A stretch of DNA of 58,647 nucleotides from Vulcanimicrobiota bacterium (GTDB lineage: Bacteria > Vulcanimicrobiota > Vulcanimicrobiia > Vulcanimicrobiales > Vulcanimicrobiaceae): contig CAZZYZ010000001.1 in NCBI GenBank assembly GCA_964658425.1, positions 1-58,647 on the forward strand. Direction: 5' to 3'. The notes under the pieces are model-generated. The model did not search any database. It worked only from the letters and a program-made list of their open reading frames with translations, and was not told the DNA's origin. Position 1 is the stretch's first letter, and every line of letters starts with the position of its first letter. The position numbers and the translations under genes were made by a program. Shown one piece after another: positions 19,329 to 27,391 of the stretch.

Positions 19329-19823
19329 TCACGGAGATCGCTTCGGTAAAACCGGCTGCCACAGTTCGACCTTCGTGCCGTCGAGATCGAGAATCGACGC
19401 GTATTCTCCGAATGCGTCGGCCGAACGTTTGATGATTCGTACGTTCTTCGCTTTCAATCGAGCCGCAAGCGCATCGAGATTATCGACGGTGAGATTGATC
19501 ATGAAATCACGATGTGAATGTGCGAACTCGTCGGCGCCGGCCGGGAACACCGTCCAGATGGCAAGCGGCGGACGTCTCGAACCGTACCGGAAGATCGCGC
19601 CGTTCCATGGCTGGACGGCGAACCCGAGTACGTCGCGATACCACGCTGCGAGCGCTTTCGGATGCGTACTGAGAACGAAGACGCCGCCGATCCCCGTTAC
19701 GTGTCCGGGTGCGTCGGCTGCACTCGCCGCAGCCGGCGATACCGTCAATGTGACGAGTATGGAAAAGATCCAGCGTCGCACGTCGTCCTCCGTACCGCTC
19801 GTCGAATTCCGATCGTTCCGCAT
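19329..19823 (-). CDS. Secreted VOC/glyoxalase-bleomycin-resistance family protein
   Basis: 164-aa ORF. Signal peptide (RRWIFSILVTLTVSPAAASAADA). VOC-fold pattern (GIGGVFV...WYRDVLGF, ILDLDGTKVELWQ). Confidence 0.75.
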   Translation of the reverse strand: MRNDRNSTSGTEDDVRRWIFSILVTLTVSPAAASAADAPGHVTGIGGVFVLSTHPKALAAWYRDVLGFAVQPWNGAIFRYGSRRPPLAIWTVFPAGADEFAHSHRDFMINLTVDNLDALAARLKAKNVRIIKRSADAFGEYASILDLDGTKVELWQPVLPKRSP

Positions 19824-19991
19824 ATCCAGAGTGCCTTTGCATCGGCCTCGGCTCCGCAGCCGTACGATCCGGATTCAACGTGTTGTATCTACGCCTCAAG
19901 CTCGTCGGCCTTTCGACGCATGCTTCGGGCCCGAATGCGCCTCGGCCGGCCCGCTCCGGTAATCGAAGCTCGCGGCGGCGAAGCGTCCGGG

Positions 19992-20390
19992 ATGTCCGCG
20001 CGCGCCGTCGACCTCATCGATCGCTATCTCCTGGGCGAGCCCGTCTCGAAGCCGGACGTGGTCGCATCGCTGCTGCGGGAACGCACGACCGAACCGGCGG
20101 CGGCGCCGTTCTATCGCGCTTTCGAAGCGGTCGGCGCGCGGGCGGCCGACGAGGCGTTCATCGCGCTGCGTCTCGTCCTTGCAGGGCGCGCTCCCGAGGA
20201 CGACGCCGTCGCGCGTTTGCGAGCGTTCGCGCGGATCGCTCGCGCGTGCGCGACGGGCGACACGACCGGCCTTCGCGCGCTCGAGGGCAAGGAACGCGCT
20301 CACGTTCCGGACCTCCCGTGGTCGGCGGGCCCGGCGGCGCTCGGAGCCGCGGCGAAGGCGGGCTTCCGCGAGGCGCTCGGTGCGCTGTGA
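19992..20390 (+). CDS. Hypothetical protein
   Basis: In-frame ATG 19992 (alternative 19920) of track ORF 19518-20390. Ala/Arg-rich helical protein, no family recognised. Codon bias is compatible with coding. Confidence 0.35.
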   Translation: MSARAVDLIDRYLLGEPVSKPDVVASLLRERTTEPAAAPFYRAFEAVGARAADEAFIALRLVLAGRAPEDDAVARLRAFARIARACATGDTTGLRALEGKERAHVPDLPWSAGPAALGAAAKAGFREALGAL

Positions 20391-20454
20391 TCGCAGGTCC
20401 GGTCGACCATCGGTCGGGAACGCATCCCATCCCCCCGCCCGTTCACTAGGTGTG

Positions 20455-20802
20455 ATGCCTCGGTCGTTCGCCATTCTGCTCGTCGCCGGTGCGCTCTCGT
20501 TCGGGACGCTCGGCTTTGCGATGCCCGCCGCGGTCCGCGGCGATGAGACCGCCGATGCGAAGCCCGCGACGAATGCGGGGACCGTTACCGGGACCGTCTC
20601 GGCGATCGACTATCGCTCGAATACGATGACGCTCGATGCGAAGGGCCGCAAGATCGCCGTAACGATCTTGCCGAGCACGTCGATCCAAGGTGCGGGGAGC
20701 GGCTTCCATTCCTCGACCGACATCAAGCGCGGTGCGCGCGTGACGGTCTTGCTGAGCGAACGCGCGGGGATGTTCTCCGCCCAATTGATCACGCTGCACT
20801 GA
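20455..20802 (+). CDS. Small secreted protein, single OB/beta-barrel-like domain (DUF5666-like)
   Basis: ATG 20455 (MPRSFAILLVAGALSFGTLGFA signal) in track ORF 20179-20802. Pattern GTVSAIDYRSNTMTLDAKGRKIAVTILPSTSI...IKRGARVTV. Confidence 0.6.
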   Translation: MPRSFAILLVAGALSFGTLGFAMPAAVRGDETADAKPATNAGTVTGTVSAIDYRSNTMTLDAKGRKIAVTILPSTSIQGAGSGFHSSTDIKRGARVTVLLSERAGMFSAQLITLH

Positions 20803-20845
20803 CGCAGCCGAAGTATCGCCGTGCCGCCGCTGCGAAGGGCGTGTC

Positions 20846-21862
20846 GTGGCGGAGGTGAGTCTCGCGCGGATCGACCTCTCGTTTGGCCGCGGGCCGAACG
20901 CGGTCGCGGCGTTGCGCGACGTCTCGTTCGACGTCCCGGCCGGCTCCCGGCTCGCGATCCTCGGCCCTTCGGGCTGCGGGAAGACGACGCTGCTGCGCGT
21001 GATCGCCGGCCTCGAACGCCCGTCGCGCGGGACGCTGCGCTTCGACGGCGTCGATATCGACGCGATTCGCCCCGAACGTCGGCGCGTCGGGTTCGTCTTC
21101 GCGAGCGACGCGCTCTTCCCGCATCTCTCGGCGCGCGAGAACATTGCGTACGGCGTTCGCGGTGACGCGCGGCGGCGCATCGACGATGTCGCGGAACGCT
21201 GCCGGATCGGCGAGCTCCTCGAGCGCAAGCCGCGCGAACTCTCGGGCGGCGAACGGCAGCGCGTCGCGCTCGCGCGCGCGCTCGCGAGCGACCCGCGCGT
21301 CCTTCTGCTCGACGAGCCGTTCTCGCGGCTCGATGCGCCGCTTCGGCTCGAACTGCGCCGCGAGATCGCGCGCATCCAACGCGAGGCCGCGCTCACGGCG
21401 ATCGTGGTGACGCACGATCAGGAAGAGGCGCTCGCGCTCGGCGATCGGGTCGCGGTCATGCGGGCGGGCCGGATCGAACAGCTCGGGGCGCCGCGCGCGC
21501 TCGTCGACGACCCCGCGACGGCCTTCGTCGCCGGTTTCGTCGGATCGCCCGCGATGGCGTTCCTGCCGGCGTCCGCGCTCGGCATCACGGATGCGCCCAT
21601 GGGAGCGCTCGCCGGGATCCGTGCCGCCGACGTGCACTTGGGCGCCCCGGGTCGCCTCACGGCGCCGGTCCTCGGCGTCGAGGACGGTGCGGAACGCGCG
21701 ATCGTGCAGCTCGGGTTCGCGGGCGCGACGCTCGGCGCCGTCGTCGCGGGCGGTGAGCCGCGCCCGATCGTCGGCGAACGCGTCCGCTTCGACGTCGATC
21801 CCGATCGCGCGCTGCTCTTCGACGCGGACGGCGCGCGCCTCGAACGTCGAATCCGTGCCTGA
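20846..21862 (+). CDS. ABC transporter ATP-binding protein, MalK/UgpC/MsiK-like (sugar-importer type); no permease or binding-protein gene adjacent
   Basis: 338-aa ORF with a GTG start. Walker A GPSGCGKTT, signature LSGGERQRVALARA, Walker B LLLDEP, and a C-terminal MalK-like regulatory domain. Confidence 0.9.
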   Translation: MAEVSLARIDLSFGRGPNAVAALRDVSFDVPAGSRLAILGPSGCGKTTLLRVIAGLERPSRGTLRFDGVDIDAIRPERRRVGFVFASDALFPHLSARENIAYGVRGDARRRIDDVAERCRIGELLERKPRELSGGERQRVALARALASDPRVLLLDEPFSRLDAPLRLELRREIARIQREAALTAIVVTHDQEEALALGDRVAVMRAGRIEQLGAPRALVDDPATAFVAGFVGSPAMAFLPASALGITDAPMGALAGIRAADVHLGAPGRLTAPVLGVEDGAERAIVQLGFAGATLGAVVAGGEPRPIVGERVRFDVDPDRALLFDADGARLERRIRA

Positions 21863-23354
21863 CCTCGAACGGCTCGCGGGCCGCGTTCTCTGCGTCGGCT
21901 TGCCCGGACCGGAGGCGGACGGCGCGTTGCTCGCGCGGCTGCGCCGGCTCGGGCCCGGCGCGATCGTCCTTTTCGCGCGCAACGTCGAATCGGTCGCCGG
22001 CGCGCGCGCGCTCGTCGGGGTCCTGCGCGCGGCGCTCGCGAGCGACGGCTCCATCGCCGTATGCGTCGATCAGGAGGGTGGGCGCGTCGCGCGGATCCCG
22101 CTCGAGAGCCCGATGCCCGCGATGCTCGCACTCGGCGCGACGGACGATCCCGCGCTCGCCGAGCGGGTCGGCCGCGCGCTTGCGGCGACGCTACGCGCGA
22201 TCGATGCCGACGTCGCGTTCGCACCCGTCCTCGATCTCGCGACGAATCACGCGAGCACGGTCATCGGAACGCGCTCGCTCGGCGAGGATCCGGTCCGCGT
22301 CGCCGTGCTCGGCGCCGCGCTCGTGCGCGGCCTGCAGGCGGGCGGCGTCGTTGCGACGCCCAAGCATTTTCCCGGGCACGGAGCGACCGCGGCCGACTCG
22401 CATACGTCGCTGCCGCGCCTCGACGCGCCGCTCGCGACGCTGCGCGCGCGCGAGTGGGAGCCGTTCCGGGCGGCGTTCGCGGCGGGTGCGCGGGCCGTGA
22501 TGACGGCGCACGTCGTCGCACCCGAGCTCGATCCGGCGCGTCCGGCGACGCTTTCGGCGCGCGTGCTCGGAGCGTTACGCGAGGAGCTCGGGTTCGCGGG
22601 CACGTGCTTCACCGATTGCCTCGAGATGGCGGCCGTCGCCGAGGGCTTCGGCACGGCGCGGGCCGGAGTGCTCGCGTTGCGGGCGGGGGCCGATTGCCTC
22701 GTCGTCAGCGCGGATCTCGATCGCGCCGAAGAGCTCCGGGTCGAGATCGTTCGGGCGGTCCGCGCGGGGACGCTGCCGCTCGCGCGGCTCGAGCGGGCGG
22801 CGGCGCGCGTCGCGAGCCTCGTCCCGGGGCGGACGGCTACGGGCGAACCCGACCCGTCGCCGATCGACGCGGCGGCGGTCGCGAAAGAAGTCGCGGCGCG
22901 CGCGATCGTCACCGTTCGCGGCGAGCCGCGGATCGTCGCGGGTTCCGCGGCGACGGTGATCTCGTTCGAGGGCGGTTCGGGCGACGGGGTCGCGGCGAGT
23001 TCGGGCGAGCGTCCGTCGCTCAGCGCCGCGCTGCGTCGCCGGCGCGTGCGGAGCGAAGCGATGCGCGTCCCGCTCGATCCGAGCCCGGGCGCGGTCGAAG
23101 CGCTGCTCGACGTCCTCGGCGATCAGCCCGGGCGCTCGCTCGCGATCGTCACGCGGCGGGCGCACCTCTATGCGGGTCAGCGTGCAACGATCGGCGCACT
23201 GCTCGCGGCGTTTCCCCACGCGATCGTCGTCTCGGCGCTCGAGCCGTACGACCTCGCGGCGAGCGCCGCCGCGCGGCACGTCGCGTGCACGTTCGGCGAC
23301 GATGCGACGACGATCGATGCGCTCGCCGACGCCCTCGTGAGCGGCGCGCGATGA
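21855..23354 (+). CDS. nagZ: Beta-N-acetylhexosaminidase NagZ (GH3) with C-terminal extension; no signal peptide
   Basis: GTG 21855 in track ORF 21591-23354, overlapping the ATPase stop by 8 nt. Motifs DQEGGRV and KHFPGHG are GH3 N-domain hallmarks. Confidence 0.85.
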   Translation: MPDLERLAGRVLCVGLPGPEADGALLARLRRLGPGAIVLFARNVESVAGARALVGVLRAALASDGSIAVCVDQEGGRVARIPLESPMPAMLALGATDDPALAERVGRALAATLRAIDADVAFAPVLDLATNHASTVIGTRSLGEDPVRVAVLGAALVRGLQAGGVVATPKHFPGHGATAADSHTSLPRLDAPLATLRAREWEPFRAAFAAGARAVMTAHVVAPELDPARPATLSARVLGALREELGFAGTCFTDCLEMAAVAEGFGTARAGVLALRAGADCLVVSADLDRAEELRVEIVRAVRAGTLPLARLERAAARVASLVPGRTATGEPDPSPIDAAAVAKEVAARAIVTVRGEPRIVAGSAATVISFEGGSGDGVAASSGERPSLSAALRRRRVRSEAMRVPLDPSPGAVEALLDVLGDQPGRSLAIVTRRAHLYAGQRATIGALLAAFPHAIVVSALEPYDLAASAAARHVACTFGDDATTIDALADALVSGAR

Positions 23355-24427
23355 ACGCCGCCGATGCGGTCCTGCGCGATGCGTGCGGCTCGCGTTTCAC
23401 CGCGGCGGTCCTACGCGTCGAGCGCGGCGGGCGGCTCGCCTTCGAGCGCGCGTACGGTGCGGTCGACGACGCGCCGGGCGCGCGGCGTATCGACATCGCG
23501 ACGCCCTTCGATCTCGCGTCGCTCACGAAGCTCTTCGTCGCGACCGCCGCACTCGAAGCCGTCGCGCGCGGGGCGCTCGAAGTCGACGCGCCGCTCGCGG
23601 CGCTCGTCCCGGCCTGGCGCGGGACCGCGCACGAACGGGTCACGCTGCGAATGCTGCTCGCGCACGCGTCCGGGATGGCCTCGGGCGCCGATTACCGTAC
23701 GCTGCGCGAGCGCAGCGTCGAGACGTTCGCGATCGAACGCGAACTCGCCGGCGTTCCGGGCGCCGCGGTCATCTACAGCGATCTCGGCTTCATCGCTCTC
23801 GGGGCCGTCGTCGCGCGCGCGAACCGCGCGGCGCTCCCCGCGGCGCTGCGACCGGTCCTCGCGTGTCTGCGAACCGAGGCGACGGCGTATCGGCCCCGCA
23901 ACGACGGCGTGGCCGCGATCCCGGCGACGGAGCTCGACGGATGGCGCGGGCGCGTTCGCGGCTTCGTTCACGACGAGAAGGCGTACCTGATGAACGGCAT
24001 CGCGGGGCACGCCGGGCTCTTCGGAACCGCGCGCGACGTGGCCGCGCTCGCGGAGGCGTATCTCGCGCACGTGCGCGGTCGCGAACACGCGCTCTTGCCG
24101 CCCGCGCTCGCGCGCGACGCGATCGCCGAGCAGGCGGCCGATCCCGTTTTGCGGCGCGGCCTCGGTTGGGCGCTCAAGACGAGCGATGCGAACTCGTGCG
24201 GCGCGGCGATGTCGCGCGAAACGTTCGGCCACACGGGCTTCACGGGGACCTCGGTCTGGGTCGACCCCGCGCGCGATCTGTCGATCGTGTTGCTTACGAA
24301 CGCCGTCTACTTCGGCCGCGGGGATCTGCGCGACGTTCGTGCCGCCGTTTGCGATGCCGTCGCCGCGTGGTCCGATGCCGGAGCGCCTTCGGGCGTCGGC
24401 TGCGAATCGAACGCGGACCTGCGATGA
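23351..24427 (+). CDS. Beta-lactamase/transpeptidase-fold serine hydrolase (class C/AmpH-like); candidate AmiE-type MurNAc-L-Ala amidase; no signal peptide
   Basis: ATG 23351 in track ORF 22061-24427 (ATGA overlap with nagZ). SxxK = SLTK, YSD(L)G, HTGFTG box. Confidence 0.75.
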   Translation: MNAADAVLRDACGSRFTAAVLRVERGGRLAFERAYGAVDDAPGARRIDIATPFDLASLTKLFVATAALEAVARGALEVDAPLAALVPAWRGTAHERVTLRMLLAHASGMASGADYRTLRERSVETFAIERELAGVPGAAVIYSDLGFIALGAVVARANRAALPAALRPVLACLRTEATAYRPRNDGVAAIPATELDGWRGRVRGFVHDEKAYLMNGIAGHAGLFGTARDVAALAEAYLAHVRGREHALLPPALARDAIAEQAADPVLRRGLGWALKTSDANSCGAAMSRETFGHTGFTGTSVWVDPARDLSIVLLTNAVYFGRGDLRDVRAAVCDAVAAWSDAGAPSGVGCESNADLR

Positions 24428-25602
24428 GCGTGCGCGCGATCGGGCTCATGTCGGGGACGTCGCTCGACGGGATCGACGCCGCACGCGTCGCGCTGCGTCC
24501 CCGCGGCGACGGATACGACGTGAACGTTGAAAACTTCATCACCGTACCGTTCGAGGATCCGCTGCGCGAGCGCATCCTCGCGGCGCTCCCGCCGAGCGCG
24601 CCGACCGTCGAGGAGGTGTGCGCGCTCGACGCGGTGCTCGGCGACGCGTTCGCCTCGGCCGCGCGCGAAGCGGCGGCGGGTCTCGCAATCGATTACGTCG
24701 CGACGCACGGGTTGACCGCATTCCATCGCGGCGAGGCCTCGCTCACGCTGCAGATCGGATCGCCGTACGCGATCCGCGACGCCGCGCGGGCGAGCGTGGT
24801 CTTCGATTTTCGACGTGCGGATTGCGCCGCCGGCGGCAACGGCGCGCCGCTCGTCCCGTACGTCGACGGGCTGCTCTTCGCGGCGCCGGGGGAAGACGTC
24901 GTCGCGCTCAATCTCGGCGGGATCGCGAACGTCACGGTGCTGCGCGGCGATCGTTCCCCGAGCGCTGCGATCGCGTTCGATACGGGTCCGGCGAACATGC
25001 TGCTCGACGCTTTCGTACGGGACCGTACGGGTGGCCGCGAGCGCTGCGATCGAGACGGCGCGTACGCGCTGCGCGGCGAGCCCGCTCGCGCGATCGTGAG
25101 CGAGCTCGCGCGCCGCAATGCGGCGTATCTCGACGCGCCGCCGCCGAAATCGACGGGCCGCGAACGTTTCGGGGCGCACGCGCTGCACGCGCACGCCGAT
25201 CTGCTCGCGCCGCTCTCGCTTCACGACGGCTGCGCGACGCTCGTCGCGTTCACCGTCGCGACGATCGGCGATGCGCTCGGCGCTCACGCCCCCGCCGGAG
25301 CGCGCGTGATCGCGAGCGGCGGCGGAGCGCGCAATCCCGCCCTCGTCGCCGCGCTCGCGCGTCGCATCGCGGAGCGCGGCGGGTCGCTCGTGCTCTCGGA
25401 CGCGCTCGGCCTCGACGCGGATGCGAAGGAGGCCGTCGCGTTCGCGGTGCTCGGCTACGAAACGCTGCGCGGCCGTCCGGCGAATCTGCCGAGCGCGACG
25501 GGCGCCCGCCGCCCCGCGATCCTCGGCGCGATCGCTCCGTACGATCTCGCGGCGCTGCTCGACAAGATCGCGCGCGATGCCGCGACGAATGGTGCCGCAT
25601 GA
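24424..25602 (+). CDS. anmK: Anhydro-N-acetylmuramic acid kinase
   Basis: ATG 24424 in track ORF 23383-25602 (ATGA overlap). N-terminus IGLMSGTSLDGIDAA and full-length AnmK pattern. Confidence 0.9.
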   Translation: MSVRAIGLMSGTSLDGIDAARVALRPRGDGYDVNVENFITVPFEDPLRERILAALPPSAPTVEEVCALDAVLGDAFASAAREAAAGLAIDYVATHGLTAFHRGEASLTLQIGSPYAIRDAARASVVFDFRRADCAAGGNGAPLVPYVDGLLFAAPGEDVVALNLGGIANVTVLRGDRSPSAAIAFDTGPANMLLDAFVRDRTGGRERCDRDGAYALRGEPARAIVSELARRNAAYLDAPPPKSTGRERFGAHALHAHADLLAPLSLHDGCATLVAFTVATIGDALGAHAPAGARVIASGGGARNPALVAALARRIAERGGSLVLSDALGLDADAKEAVAFAVLGYETLRGRPANLPSATGARRPAILGAIAPYDLAALLDKIARDAATNGAA

Positions 25603-26498
25603 ACGAGCGGATCGCGGTCGGGATCGATGCGGGCGGCACGGCGACGGCGGCGGCGAGTTCGTGCGGCGGCACGCGCGCGGCGAGCGCGCGCGAGGGTCCG
25701 GCGAACGCGAGTTCGGCCGGGACGACGGCCGCGCTCGCGACGATCATGCGTGCGGTGAGCGCGGTGACCGGCGGCCGCATCCCGAGCGCGCTCTACGTCG
25801 CGGCGGCCGGGGCGGGCCGCGAAGAGATTCGAACGAGTTTGGAAGGCGGTCTTCGCGCCGCGTATCCCGGGGCGCGCCTCGCCGTCGAGAGCGACGTGCG
25901 CGTCGCGCTCCGTGCGACGCTGCCGGCCGGGCCCGGGATCGTGCTGATCGCCGGGACCGGGAGCGTCGCCTACGCGGAATCGGGCGACCGTCGCGCGCGC
26001 GTCGGCGGCGCCGGCTATCTGCTCGGCGACGAGGGTTCGGCGTACGCGATCGGATTCGCGGCGTTGCGGCGGCTCGCGCGCGTCTTCGACGGCCGCGAAC
26101 GCGAAGACGAGACGACCGCGCTCGCGGCTCGCGCGCTCGACGCGCCGGATCGCGACGCGCTGCTGCGCGCGCTCTACGCGAAGCCGGTCGACGTGGCGAC
26201 GATCGCCGCCCTCGCGCCGAGCGTGATCGCATTCGCGGCGAAAGGCAATCGCGTCGCGATGAAGATCGTGCAGGACGCGGCGCGCGAGCTCGGCGACCTC
26301 GTCCTCGCCGCCGCGCGCGCCGCGGAACTGCGCGACGCATCGCCCGCCGTCGTTCTGGCGGGCGGTCTCCTGCGCGAGAACTCCGTGCTCTCGTTTCTGC
26401 TCGAGACGCGGATCGCGGGCGATCTTCCCGGCGCGAACGTGCTGCGCGCGCATGCCGAGCCCGTCGATGCGGCGCTCGCGTTCGCCGAGGCATTGTGA
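25599..26498 (+). CDS. BadF/BadG/BcrA/BcrD-type ATPase = GlcNAc/MurNAc kinase (NagK/MurK-like)
   Basis: ATG 25599 in track ORF 24618-26498 (ATGA overlap). GIDAGGT, AGTGSV and GGAGYLLGDEGSAY motifs. Confidence 0.8.
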   Translation: MNERIAVGIDAGGTATAAASSCGGTRAASAREGPANASSAGTTAALATIMRAVSAVTGGRIPSALYVAAAGAGREEIRTSLEGGLRAAYPGARLAVESDVRVALRATLPAGPGIVLIAGTGSVAYAESGDRRARVGGAGYLLGDEGSAYAIGFAALRRLARVFDGREREDETTALAARALDAPDRDALLRALYAKPVDVATIAALAPSVIAFAAKGNRVAMKIVQDAARELGDLVLAAARAAELRDASPAVVLAGGLLRENSVLSFLLETRIAGDLPGANVLRAHAEPVDAALAFAEAL

Positions 26499-27391
26499 GC
26501 GACGGACTCTCCGCGGTCACGGAGGCGATCAACGCCGCGACGCACGATCTCGATTTGCTCGCGACGGCCGATCTCGTCGCGCTGCTCGGCCGCGAACAGC
26601 GCGCGGCGGCGGAAGCGGTCGAACGCGCGACGCCGCAGATCGCGCGTGCGGTCGATGCGATCTCCGCGCGCCTGCGCGACGGCGGCTCGCTGCATTACGT
26701 CGGCGCGGGGACGAGCGGGCGACTCGCGACGCTCGACGCCGCGGAATGTCCGCCGACGTTCGGGACGCCCGCGAAACTCGTCGTCGCGCACGTCGCCGGG
26801 GGTGCGTCCGCGCTCGTGCGCGCGATCGAGGGCGCCGAAGACGACGCGGCCGCCGGTGCCGCGGCGGTCGCGGCGCTCGCGCCGTGCGACGTCGCCGCGT
26901 GCATCTCCGCGAGCGGCCGCGCGCCGTTCGTCGTGGCCGCGCAGCGCGCCGCACGCGCCCGCGGCGCGCTGACGATTGCGGTGACGAGCGACGCGGATTC
27001 GCCGCTCGCACGCGAAGCCGAGATCGCGATCGCGGTCGCGACCGGCCCCGAGCCGCTCGCCGGTTCGACGCGCCTCAAGGCCGGGACCGCGCAGAAACTC
27101 GTGCTCAATGCCCTCTCCACGGCGACGATGGTTCGGCTCGGAAAAGTCTACGACAACGTGATGATCGACGTCGTCGCCACGAACGCGAAACTGCGCGTGC
27201 GCGCGCGGCTGCTCGTGGAGTCGCTCGCGACGGTCGATGCCGCGGAGGCCGAGCGATTGCTTCGCGCCGCGGACGGCAGCGCGAAGGTCGCCGTCGCGAT
27301 GGCGCGGCTCGGCATCGATGCGCCCGCAGCTCGCGCCGCGCTCGCGGGCGTCGGCGGCTTCCTACGGCCGCTGATGTCGCCGCGCGCGTGA
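26495..27391 (+). CDS. murQ: N-acetylmuramic acid 6-phosphate etherase
   Basis: GTG 26495 in track ORF 25421-27391 (GTGA overlap). SIS-domain signature LHYVGAGTSGRLATLDAAECPPTFG. TRLKAGTAQKLVLN. Confidence 0.92.
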   Translation: MSDGLSAVTEAINAATHDLDLLATADLVALLGREQRAAAEAVERATPQIARAVDAISARLRDGGSLHYVGAGTSGRLATLDAAECPPTFGTPAKLVVAHVAGGASALVRAIEGAEDDAAAGAAAVAALAPCDVAACISASGRAPFVVAAQRAARARGALTIAVTSDADSPLAREAEIAIAVATGPEPLAGSTRLKAGTAQKLVLNALSTATMVRLGKVYDNVMIDVVATNAKLRVRARLLVESLATVDAAEAERLLRAADGSAKVAVAMARLGIDAPAARAALAGVGGFLRPLMSPRA

